A DNA stretch of 64,000 bases, from positions 1,674,001 to 1,738,000 of the forward strand of contig NW_027271426.1 of NCBI RefSeq assembly GCF_040938485.1, read 5' to 3'. A program made the translations under genes and the position numbers. This document shows, one piece after another, positions 14,091-26,250 of this stretch. Within the stretch, counting starts at the first letter, position 1, and each line of letters begins with the position of its first letter. Below the pieces are notes generated by a model. The model was not told the DNA's origin, searched no databases, and was given only the letters and a program-made list of their open reading frames with translations. The DNA comes from Diadema antillarum. Its lineage: Eukaryota.

Positions 14091-15538
14091 AATTTTACCC
14101 CCTCCTGATGAGACATGTAAATCCCTATCCTATATGCTGGAACTCTCGTCTCCTTGGAGATGTTTCAGATTTTTTTTTCTCAATCTCAACACTAGCTGTT
14201 TACTATGAAATTCATTTTTCATATCAACGCAGAAATATGTTTGCAGCTGATTATTTTTGTTATAGCAGTCGGAATAGCAGTACGTTCCTCCCCCCTCCAC
14301 GTCAAGCCGAAACCCCACATTCGATTCGAAAAACATTTCGCGGCCCAAGAGCAATTCTAATTTTCATGTCTATTCTTTTCGAATAAGTTTCTGTAGAAAC
14401 ATTTATCAAGTGCTTTATAAATAAAGATGTAATCATATCATCATTATCATTGTTATCATTTTCATAGTTGTGTTGATGATAATGGTAATCGGTGTTTTTT
14501 AACTGTATGTTTGAAAATGTTGAAAACAAGGTCATTTTCTTAACACATAATTCTTTTTTTGTTTACGCTGATAACACCACGCCTAATTCAATACCCTAAA
14601 TTTCTTGGTTTAAGCAAGTCAGAATAATTGTGGTTAGTTGCTCCTTTGAAGGAAGTTTTGTGCCTAAAANNNNNNNNNNNNNNNNNNNNNNNNNNNNNNN
14701 NNNNNNNNNNNNNNNNNNNNNNNNNNNNNNNNNNNNNNNNNNNNNNNNNNNNNNNNNNNNNNNNNNNNNNNNNNNNNNNNNNNNNNNNNNNNNNNNNNNN
14801 NNNNNNNNNNNNNNNNNTATACATAATAGTGCTCTCTATGTTTATATATAGGTCTACACATAAAAAGAAGTTCGGCGTGATGACCGATGCAGAATTCCTA
14901 GTTCCCCGCCTCGGGGGCAGATTCACGCTCAAGTTGCATCGCGCTACACACAAAAATGCAGGACATAAACCGCTGCAATTGTTTTTATCAAATTAGCCAT
15001 GAAAATAGGATAACAAGAGCTTAAGCGAAGAATAGGATTTCTCCAACCGAGGAAAAAAGAGCTCAACGGCCGATATACGAAACCTATTTAACCCTTTGTG
15101 TGCTACGTTTATTTCCTGTTCAAAGGTATATGAGTGTGAAATACGTGCACATTTAACTACTTGACGCCGAAATAGTTAAGTGCGTTTATAGATCACTCGC
15201 ATGTCTTTCGTTTTTTTTTTTGTTCTTTTTTTATAGGCAAGAGGTAACTGAACTAGAACAGTGTTTTCTCAATTATATTTTTGGGATTTCCATTTCAATC
15301 ATTCAATACTTGATTTCTAAGATTCGCATTTCTTCAAGTCGTATGTAAAAGCACCATAATAGCTAAAAATCCTGATTTCTACCTGATTCTTGCGATCAAA
15401 AAACGTTAAGAATAAGAGTGCCTTATCTACGGCCTCGGCCTTTAGATGTCAGAATTGTTCCAGAAATGTTTTGTGTTTGAAAAAAAAAAAAACCAAAAAC
15501 CTCTCAGGCGCATGCCTGTAAATACCAAGGTTTAAGAG

Positions 15539-15926
15539 TTAAAGGGATGGTATAGTTTTGGTTGAGATGGGATTCAGGTTGTTAACTTATTGCAAGATAA
15601 TAAGAAACAACCTAGATGAAATATTAAAGAGCATGTAATTCTAAGACTAATTTGAAGTTTATTTGATGAAAATCGGGTTTAAAATGGCTGAGACATCCAA
15701 AAACAAAGAGATTCCAATAAAAGGTGTTACCCACCTTTTATTAGGACGACTTTGTTTCTCTTTGTTTTTGAATATCTAAGCCATATCAAAACCGATTTTC
15801 ATCAGATAAACTTTTAAATCCTCTTTGAATTGTATGCTCTTTGATGTTTCTTTTTAGTGATTTCTTAATTATTTTACGAGTTAAAACCTGCATCCCCATC
15901 TCAACCAAACTATACCATCCCTTTAA
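15539..15926. mobile_element. Kolobok-like MITE family A, copy 2 (best preserved)
   Basis: TTAA-AGGGATGGTATAGTTTTGGTTGAGATGGG ... CCCCATCTCAACCAAACTATACCATCCCT-TTAA. Confidence 0.9.
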
Positions 15927-16307
15927 AATCGTAACAAGTAAGTAGAAAACAACTGTGATTCAACGCATGGACGTAAATGACAACTCCATTTTCTTGCTTT
16001 GCATTTGCATTTAGATAAACTCGTCGTTGACACGTTTAATAGTCATTGAGTCTTAAGAAAAACCTCCTCTGAAGGGGGAAAAAAGAAGGAAAGATGCATG
16101 AAACCAGATATGATGGGGATTACTATGTTTGATGTCGCTATGGCAACATAACGTCTAGCACAAACGTTAAAATGAGCCAGTGTATAGGCTCAATGCATAT
16201 CTTACGATTTATGCAGAACTTTACCTATTCCCCAATCTTATTTAATAGTCGATCCATAATATGTGACAGCAAAAGACTCAACATCTTAAATTTCCGAAAT
16301 ATGTATA

Positions 16308-16382
16308 CAGGGGCCGCGGAACGTTTTTCATGGTCAAGGTCAATGGTACCCCCCCCCCCCCCCCCACTTCCCCTGGCCCGTG
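16308..16382. mobile_element. Very short TIR element with a poly-C tract
   Basis: CAGGGGCCGCGGAA ... TTCCCCTGGCCCGTG imperfect inverted ends. Confidence 0.5.
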
Positions 16383-19360
16383 GTATATAATGTTATGTTA
16401 ATGAAAACCCATGAGATATATTGCTGATTTTAAGAAGGAAGCAAAACTGTACGTGATAGTAATTTGTTTTCGAGTAAAATTTTCCGTTGAAATTGGGCAT
16501 CGATAAGGAAGGAAACTGCAAACAGCTGTCGTATTGAGATAAAAATAAACCAAACGCGGTCATCATTTTTGTTTTTATAGATTATAACATCAAGTTAAAT
16601 CCCCTCCTTCCCTTCTCAACTCTGTAGTAAGTTGATTAGCATAGCTAGGAGCATCCTTGTAGCGAGACATAGAAAGCAGGAAAGATCGAACGCCGATGTG
16701 TGTCACGGTGGTGTATTCGCTTATACATGTCTTGTGGTGTTCTTACGTGCTCGTGCGCGTACGTAGAATGGCGGGCATGTGTGCGCTAATCTTTCACGAA
16801 CACGCGTCTCGCTGAAACGTGGCAATGGCTGGTCGGAAGTCTTTCCTTTCCTATGCGGATATGACGCAAGAAATGAAAGAAACGCGCCGAGTTCGTAGTA
16901 TTTATTCACACCGTTAGGGCGAGAAGATCTCGTGAGCTCTTGCACAAATCCTATCGGTTCACCAGCATAGATGTCACAAAGGATTTCAAGAATGCTGTCA
17001 ATATTCTTTAATTTTCTAATTTTTATGTTTGTGTCCAAGCAGTTCAGTTATTTTTCTTTTCAATTTATATGTAATGCCTTGAAATCCGTACAAGATACTA
17101 TCCTTCCTTTCCGACGGACGTGAAGAATCTAAATAACTGGACTGGTCGATCATTGATGCAATCAAGGTTATTTTCCTTGCCTACAATGTTCATATCTTCT
17201 TTAGATCGCTAGATTGCCACATGATTAGAAGGAAGATGCTGACATAATTTCGATGAGACACTAACCTCAACCCATCGCTCGCGGTGCCCCGAAATCCCAG
17301 GCTGCCAGATCGAGTTTGTGGACAAGAAATGTGGGTGGGTGGCGCGTATAGCGGAGCACAATTAAAATTTACAGTCGGTATGACTCGTTTGCTTGTGTTC
17401 AGATCAGTTTCAGTTCAGTTCAGTTTTTATTTCTGCATTTCAAAATCAATACAAATCAACAAATCAACAAAATACTTACATAGTCATTTACAGAGCTAAT
17501 ATTCGTAACGTTTGGATCATACATACATTTTCTTTTTTCAAGAACGAATATCATATATAAAAGGTTCTACGTGAATCGTCATTCTAAGCCCTGCTATAGA
17601 GTATACACTGCCTGATGCGCTCTTAAATGATATGAATTTTATGCGTATTAATCTTTGTAATTTTCATATTGTTATCAATGTGAATGAAAGCAATATATTA
17701 ACAGGATTTGATGTAAGAGATAAATATTTGATGTTGTGGAATTTAATGTTAATTTTTGCCAAATACATGCATGATTTATAGTTTATACTTAACAAATACA
17801 ACAAAAGCAACAAAATATATAAGCATTATTGACAGATTTTAAAAATGAGGTCATTATAAATTTGATTTTTTTTTTGTTTAAAAAGTTATTTGATTTCACT
17901 GAAAGTCAACTTTATGAATTAGAGTAAAAGCTGAATCATAAGAATGATGTTTTATTAACTGTGGAAGCAGAGATTGACATGTTGAGGTGATATAAAGAGG
18001 TAATATCACACTCATGAACGTTTTTTAAGGTATCTAGAAAATATTTGAAGTATATACTTTCATTCAAGATAGGAGTCGAAATTCATGTCATGATATTATT
18101 TTGAAAAATAATTCTTTATACCCCTATTTTTTATGTTCCTACATATTTCTCTCTGTATGTTTTTATCTCTATCAAGTATTTTTCTTTCTCTGATCCTCAA
18201 TCTCATATATTTGAATGTGCAATTCTGAAAGATTCAGGATCCGCGTTTGTGTGTGTGTGTTTGTGTGTGTTGTTCCTTGCTTTCGTTTTTATGATTTTAG
18301 TTACAACTGACTGCCAAATTGCCCTTCATCGACGTATTTGAATAAACACCAATTATACAATGTCGGAGTAATAACCATGATGAAAATCATGGGCGCACAA
18401 ACTCAGATGGGATTCGAACCCACGATCGACCTTACTCATTGCACAATAGCCAGTGACGGTTCTGATTCCGTTTAGCAGCGAGTTACCGCATATCTATTTG
18501 GATTAACCCTTTGTAAGTCACGTTTATTTTCTGTCATAAGTTTGTATGCAAAATTTGTGCACATTTGACTTACTGGCACAGAGAGGGGTAATGATTGATT
18601 AGAAATTGTCCTGCATTGATTGACTTGAAAGACGTGGACAGGCCAACTGGTTCCTAAAATCCCAGAAACCACTTTTCTCTGATTCGGTGCCTGCCTTTTC
18701 TTTTTTTCTTCATAACATTCATTGCACAAGTTATACTATTCATTGCTATTTGTTCTAGAACAACAGAAGAACTTTTATATACACGAATTTTGAAACTTTT
18801 TCTGCTTATAATGTATGCTTTCTCATTCTCAATTTAGCACCACATTTTAGATTTTATTTCTTGTTCTCTCAAAGTTAAATATCCGTTTATGTTTGCGCAG
18901 AGATAGCACTTCCATGTTATCTTTTTCAATTAATGTAAGACATGAAGTGGAATCTAGAAGTGACAATTTTAATAACAACTACAAGACAATTTATGCAGCA
19001 CAATTGCCGTCAAACTTGAGGCTTTAATTCTGCCGAATCAACTAATTTGCTATTTTTTGCTTCGTAGTTATCAAAGAGTTGATATTATGCAAAATGAATG
19101 ATAGCTTCACCACATAATTTTACATAGATTGCACACAAACAGTCAAAAAGTGACAAAAATTCAATATTCTGCCATACAAATGTTAAACGCAAGTATTAAA
19201 CGTAACGTTATTCCCAGCAAAATAAGATCAGAATAATGATCTGTCAGATGTACTGTCATGATTTGACACTGAGGCATAATTTCGTTGAAACACCCACTCC
19301 CCGAAATCTTAAGTTATAATGTGCAAACTGCCGTATATGGCAAATGTGATGCTTTAACAT

Positions 19361-19559
19361 CATCAACTTACTCACATATGCATATACTTTGTACTTATTG
19401 ACTGTTCAAGAAGTGTTTTGTGAAAATTAGCGAATATTCACGATTCATAATTTCCTTAACTTTTATTATATTTTGATCAAAATGTAAAATGTTGTGCTTA
19501 TCAAACTTCAATTTTCAGTAACAAACAAACTTTAAACTGCTCTGGAATTCCCCTTTAAA
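19361..19559. mobile_element. Partial right end of a family-B-related element
   Basis: Shares TATTGACxGTTCAAGAAxTGTTT...GAAAATTAGCGAA with 10500-10545 and ends in TTCCCCT-TTAA. Confidence 0.55.
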
Positions 19560-19594
19560 CCCGTTCAAGGTGAGAAAGTGAATAGCGAATATAC

Positions 19595-19636
<42 letters not shown>

Positions 19637-20152
19637 GTTGTTTGCCACTTTGGCATGTCAATGACCTATTACATGTACACATTTTCATTGCCGTCATTGA
19701 AAGGAAAATCTATAAACCAGCATTTTGACAAATGTCTTATGGGATTGAATCACTATACTTCCCCTATATACGTGAAATATTGAAAAGATTTAACAGACTG
19801 AAAGATGTTGAAAAGAAGTAAATCGAGAAAAGATTGGAACCTACTTAAAAGGATTTCAATTTCAGTCCACCATCAATCATTCAGGAAAAAGAGTTTATCT
19901 CAAAATTCATTTTAGAAACTAAATCAACAAAGGATCATCAATAATGATTATAAAGCACGCTGACTGCACTTGGATTTGTCATCCAGTGCTATCAAAGCTA
20001 TGTAGACACGCTTCAGATTTCGCAGTAGATCTAGTGATAATTAGCTTGCAAGCATTTGTCATGTTCAGATATCATATCATACGTGGGTATGTGAACTGGA
20101 ACATCATTTAAACCCTCTCAGAACCAACTTTTCATAACTGGCACTGATTTTG

Positions 20153-20199
<47 letters not shown>

Positions 20200-20339
20200 A
20201 CAGATTGACGACAGTCATAAGAGATATCATGTAGAGCATTTTGTGTCCAGGGAAACAATAACTCATGAACCGACACCAATATATGAGAAAATCCCAGCAA
20301 AATAAAACGAGTTTAATAGTAGTGCTTTGGAGGGCTTTT

Positions 20340-22790
20340 TTAGGTATCAATCTTACAAAGCTATATGTCATACGGATGTTTACAGCACCCCTACTATACA
20401 CTGCGGTATACGATGCAAATGATATCGTATATACATATTATGTATATCGTGTATTGAAACAAAGAGAGAAAACTGACCGGAAACAAATAATGAATAGTGA
20501 AAACTTTTGAGCAAAGTAATCCGGAGGTCTCGGGTTCGAATTCCGTTGAAAACCCTTTTTTTCCTGCTCAAAAGTNNNNNNNNNNNNNNNNNNNNNNNNN
20601 NNNNNNNNNNNNNNNNNNNNNNNNNNNNNNNNNNNNNNNNNNNNNNNNNNNNNNNNNNNNNNNNNNNNNNNNNNNNNNNNNNNNNNNNNNNNNNNNNNNN
20701 NNNNNNNNNNATCATCATCATTACTAAGGACACGGGTATGCTGTTGAGCTATATGGATTAGTGCAAGTGCTCAGTTTTCATTGGCTCTCCTGATAATATA
20801 TGAAAAGGTGATGTTTAGGAGAACAAAAGGATGTCATCCTTGAGAGCTATTCTTAAATGTGACCCTGCACCACAAAACCAAAAATTAAAAAAAAAAAGTC
20901 GCCAGACATGGATTTTTAGTTATGGGCAGATTCTGAAATAGCAGACTCTAAGTTTTAAAATGATGTATAACTCAATTCAAATGGATTCTCCTAACCTATA
21001 TTAATGTTGAAAAGAAAGCACACACTCTAGAAAGTGTGAACTGAGAAAAGAGGCTCCAGGGTACAGGGTCTATACAAGTGCTTTATCTATACTAAAACCG
21101 TGCTACCTGTGCAATGAATGGGACAAAAACATGACAGCATGATGTATGCCATTGTAGCAACAACAATACAGGGATTATCACATTAAGCTGAAATTGAGCA
21201 TGCTCTATAACCACATTCTGACCGTGATAAATGTCAACTTTCAAAGCAGTAGCATCATCCTTTCAAAAGTTATCAGAGTTGAAAGTGAAGAGGGTGGAAA
21301 GGATTTTCAAGAAATGAAAGGGGCCTCTAACGCCTAAGAAAAACCTGATCACACTACTCTACCATAAAAGGGGTTGTAGAAAAACTGCTGAAAAAACACA
21401 CTACTCTACCATAAAAGGGGTTGTAGAAAAACTGCTGAAAAATCACTTTCCCGTTCAATTTATGATCCCAAACTCAAGAGTAATGAAGAAAAAGAAAAGA
21501 TCTTTCAGAAAATTTGGAAAACTCAAAATTGACTCGGTTGACCCATTTCACCTTTCTTGAGTTCTCACGTACAATCAAGGGGAGTGACTTTTTGTTTGCT
21601 TTGTGATGTATGGTCACATATAGAAGAAAATAGCAAATGCAGTTACTCCTTTCTTGAGAGTCAGCTTTGGAAATAAGACAGAAATTTGAAAAAAAAAAGT
21701 TTGAATACAAACAGTACCTAGGATACACCTTAAGCATACTTAGTGTTTTCTAACGTTTTTCATCTCACAAGGATACGCCGTATACGGATATTTACGATGA
21801 TGCTTACTATACTGCGCAAAATGCGATGCATATGGTATAAGTATATATTTAAAAACATATTTGCACCATTATTATTGCTATCATCAGTCAGGACTGTTTT
21901 GTAGAACTAGGTTAGTGCAGGTTTTAATTGTTCATTACTCCCCTGATATCAAGAAAAATGTGATGCTTATAGGAAAACAAAAGAATAACGTCCATGGCGT
22001 CTATTTGCAGGAGAAAGTATAGCAAGGGCAGTTCTTCCCTTCTCTGAGGTCAAATGCTATACATCTTTTGAAATGAGATATAAATCTTACAAAAGTTGTC
22101 TCACTTGGTAAAAAAACAACCCACTTTACTTTGAATACAAACGGTGCCTCTCGTACACTGTTAGCATACTTAATGTTTTTTAAACGTATTCAATCTCCCA
22201 AGGTGTTGCCATATACGGATGTTTACGACGCTTACTATACTGCACAAAATGCGATGCATATTATTTACCAACATATTGGTTTTCACTATTATTACCATCG
22301 TCATTATCATGAGCACCATTTTGCTGTATAGCTCGTAGGCTTATATTTCAGGTGCTCTTTGCTCATTGGTTCTCCTGATTTCAACAAAGAAATGATGCTT
22401 AGGAGAACAAACGAATGACGTCCATAAGGGCTTATTCGTAGGAGAAAATAGCAAGGGCAGTTCTTCCGTTCTTGAGGGTCAAATGCTTTACATCTTGGGA
22501 AATGAGATAGAAATCTGAGAAAAGTCGAATCCCTAATTTACTTTGAATAAACGATGTCTCCTATCACATATAACGTGTATGAGCAAACTTACCAAGTGAT
22601 ATTTAGGAGAACAAAAGAAAGGTATCCCTGAGGGTTATTCGTAGAAGAAAATAGCAAGGGCAGTTCTTCCCTTCTTGACGGTCAAACGCTATATATCTTC
22701 GGAAATGAGATAGAAAACTGACAAATGGTTGTCTTACTTGGTCGAAAAACACTTTATTTTAGATAGCAAACAGTGCCTCCTACTGAGAGC
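20340..22790 (+). repeat. Degenerate tandem array of ~390-430-bp units
   Basis: Anchor GGAGAACAAA at about 20818, 21972, 22402 and 22606, with recurring AAATAGCAAGGGCAGTTCTTCC and ATACGGATGTTTAC blocks. Confidence 0.8.
20856..21620. mobile_element. TA-flanked non-autonomous TIR element (765 bp) with an internal 47-bp direct repeat (21350-21442)
   Basis: Ends (A/T)ATGTGACC...GGTCACATA with TA at 20854-20855 and 21621-21622. Neighbouring array units show the empty site. Confidence 0.8.
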
Positions 22791-24399
22791 AACCTTGACA
22801 GCAAGCTTGTGCAATATCTCGCCCTGTCTCGAATAGTATAATGGTGTTTAGCTCACAAATATCGTTGCGCGGTGAACCCCAAAGCCTTTTGGAGAACTTG
22901 AAGATTGTGAACGCGTCTCCATCATTGGACCGCATCGGTATTTTGTTACAGAGGACAATGGAGAGTGAGACGTCGCGGTCAAGCAAGTCACTAACAACCT
23001 TGCTTTCAAGATCGGCAGATAGATAGAGGACATCACCCATGATAGTCTATATCTGCTGTCTCCCCGCTCAGATTTTTCCCTCCGTGCGCTCGAGTATTCC
23101 TCTTTGCTTCTTGGAATATAATTATATCCTGAAAGTGTATAATGATTACGTCATTATTTATGATCATCCTATATCAGCACATTATCACTTTCACATTATC
23201 NNNNNNNNNNNNNNNNNNNNNNNNNNNNNNNNNNNNNNNNNNNNNNNNNNNNNNNNNNNNNNNNNNNNNNNNNNNNNNNNNNNNNNNNNNNNNNNNNNNN
23301 NNNNNNNNNNNNNNNNNNNNNNNNNNNNNNNNNNNNNNNNNNNNNNNNNNNNNNNNNNNNNNNNNNNNNNNNNNNNNNNNNNNNNNNNNNNNNNNNNNNN
23401 NNNNNNNNNNNNNNNNNNNNNNNNNNNNNNNNNNNNNNCTGTAAACACAACTTGGTATTTTGCTGGTATATGCATGCATTACCTTTATTTTGTTACGAAC
23501 ACGCATCATTTATATTTTTTCCACAGTAATTTGATCATTCGTAATTACTTTTTTTTTCTGTTTTGTTGAAAAAAAGAATGGAAATGAAATGAACTAAATT
23601 GAATTCAATATCGAATTTCATTTAGATTGTCATTTTGCAAGAGGCAGTAGCCATGTTTTGCACATCATCTAGGATAATCATGAGAAAGGATGATGTGGTC
23701 AAAATGTAGTTAAACCAAGAGCAACCACTAGACGCATTTTTAACATTTTATTTCTGTTTGAAAAATGATAATAATTCTTGATTTGAATAAAATAATGGGG
23801 AGTATTTTACATAATTATAGATTGTCACGATTTGTAAGATCTTAACTGATCAGCTTCTTGGTTAGAATTATTCTTTTCATGCCCATTTGAAGAAATGCCA
23901 TCACATTAGCAATAAAAGAGAATTAAATTGAACATACATTCATTTCATCTAACATACTCCTCATGTCTGTCTGTCTGTCTGTCTGTCTCTGTATGTATGG
24001 GTTAAAGTTTTCTAAAGTTTGGATAATTTCTTTATCAAAAATATTGTAAAGCATGCAAACATATAAATGATTGCACAAAATTAATACATAAGAGAGAAAA
24101 ATATATCTATACACATACAATTTATACACAATCAACAACTGAAACAATTCACTCCCTCAGTGTGCTCTCAGACATGCCGTACATTATGTATGGATATTTT
24201 TTAAAGGTCTGCGACCTTGTAACCTGTATAGTGAATAGCGACCGCCATCAATACGTGCTCTCTCGCACACCCGACACTCGCGAGCCTTAGATCAGCGATG
24301 CGACCGCTACGACGACGCTAATAGGGCAAAAGATGGTGTTATGCACGTGCGCCAGACAGATGTTTCCATTGTGCAGGGCTGCGTCGCCTGAGCGTTCGC

Positions 24400-24643
24400 G
24401 TCGCAGATCTATAAAAGCTGGCTAATGTTTGGTATCACGCGCGCGCACCTGTCTTCGATCCGACTGCGCTCGAGTGAGGGAATTCCCTCTGTTGATGCCT
24501 GCGGGATCGAGAGCGCCGTGTGGTTGTCTGACCCACGTAAGGTATGACGTCAGGTCATCCGCTGAGTCGCAGTGCGCGGGGGGATCTCTAAGCTGTTTCT
24601 CTGGATTCAAGGACTTACCAAAATGCCTTCTCTTCATGGCGAG
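24400..24643 (+). promoter_or_regulatory. TATA promoter with candidate first exon
   Basis: CpG-rich block from about 24230 to 24600. TATAAAA at 24410-24416, palindrome GAGGGAATTCCCTC at 24476-24489, TGACGTCA at 24545-24552, ATG at 24623, donor GAG|GTAAAG at 24644. Confidence 0.55.
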
Positions 24644-25362
24644 GTAAAGTATATTTCTTTTTGTTTAACAAGCCTCAGTCGATTGTAACCATAATGATAA
24701 GCAATGCATTGGCCCTAATCCTATAAAAAGTAAATGTTTTTGCAATGAGCCATCAATTTCAACTGTAGTACAAGGATGCTACAAAATGTGGAAAAATATG
24801 TTTCCCTTTCATCTGCTCGCTTTGATACAATTTATTCGAAACAATAGTTTTAACCTGAATGCAGGGTTTTGTGACAAAATATAAATTTGTGGTTACGACA
24901 AATCATAAAACCAATGACAATGATAATCAGCAAGGATTCACGTATTTAAATGCTATCTAGTTGTGTCAATGAAATTCTTCGGTATCGATAATTGTAGATT
25001 TTTTTTCCTTCATGTCACACTGTAGGCCTGCATGCTAAATGCTTAGATACACTGTTTTCGGCCTGTTAAGCTGTAGCAACCTTAGTGTGCTGCAACCAAG
25101 GACGCCAAACGAGATATTGATTTCATCTATTAGCACGTTCCATAACAAGAGAACTATTCAGGAATGAATTCAGGAGTGAATCTCACATACTGATGGGGCA
25201 CACATTATTGAAGTATGTGGGACCAACTTCCCACAGGGTACTACGAACACACTTGCCCGCTGTCCGGGGAAAGTAAAATCAATGGCAGCAGTTCGGTCCT
25301 AGGTTTTCCCCAGTGCCAATTAAATGCGGACGACTGGAAAAATTACTGTTTGTAATGGTCTG

Positions 25363-25838
25363 TTAAAGGAGACCTCCGGATGATTTTCACATTTTTTTTT
25401 AAATTTGAAAAAAAAAAGGATAATTACTTACACTGAGTACAGAGTTAAAGAATTCATAGTGATTTGGATGGGGAATAAGAATTTTTTCAAAATTTATAAC
25501 AATTTGCAATGAACGAGGATGATGACATGGCAGCCTCACCATAGGAATGCATGAGTTGGGGCTCAAGGAAACAGAACAAAAGAAGAAGGTACGCATATAT
25601 TCTACAAAGTTGAACCTGTCAATCAAGCGGTGTTGTATATGGAATTACACTGCAGCATTTCTGAAATAGGTGAGGCTCTATGTCATCAACACTGTTCAGT
25701 GTAATTTGTTTAAATCTTTTATAGTATTGGTTTCTTTATTCAAAGACCACAATAAATTCCATAAATCTATACATGGAGCTGTCGATTTATGTACTACATG
25801 ATTTGAAATTATGAAAATCGTCTGGAATGCCCCTTTAA
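25363..25838. mobile_element. TTAA-type MITE (family D)
   Basis: TTAA-AGGAGACCTCCGGATGATTTTCA ... TGAAAATCGTCTGGAATGCCCCT-TTAA. Confidence 0.75.
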
Positions 25839-25955
25839 AGCACTAGTCATCTACACCAGCAGATTTTAATTCAGCGCGATTAAATACACTCATATCGCCC
25901 TTTCTGACAATTTTCACGAACGACTGTCATGTGTACAATGTACCTAGCATAAAGT

Positions 25956-26250
25956 GGGGGCACTGTGGCGTATAGTTTATATGACTCTTGATTATTCAAT
26001 TTGAGATCACGAGTTCAAATCCCGTCAAGTGCCTACATCCATGGACAAAATGATTTTACGTACCGTGACCCTCTCTACCCAGGTGTATAATAATGGTTCC
26101 TGGCAACGCTTGGGTAATGATTGTTTTCGGGCTCATTGGCAGAGCAGTGGCAACACTGAAGAAGCTATACCCTGGAGAAAGATCACAATATTATTCAATA
26201 TGTTATTGTTATTATCATCACTGCTCTTGTCATCGTTACTATAGATGCTA
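25956..26250 (+). mobile_element. tRNA-derived SINE, degenerate
   Basis: GGGGCACTGTGGCG head, B-box-like GAGTTCAAATCCC, core CCCAGGTGTATAATAATGG and a (TTA/TCA)-rich tail; same family as 44979-45201. Confidence 0.75.

Noticed and set aside
18409-18420. tRNA B-box hits (also 20533-20544, 42412-42423, 45137-45149)
   Set aside because: No complete cloverleaf with an acceptor stem; they belong to SINE heads or fragments.
23039-23569. ORFs spanning N gaps (also near 3.9, 14.6, 20.4, 28.4, 42.6, 44.7 and 62.7 kb)
   Set aside because: Their length comes from runs of N translated as X.
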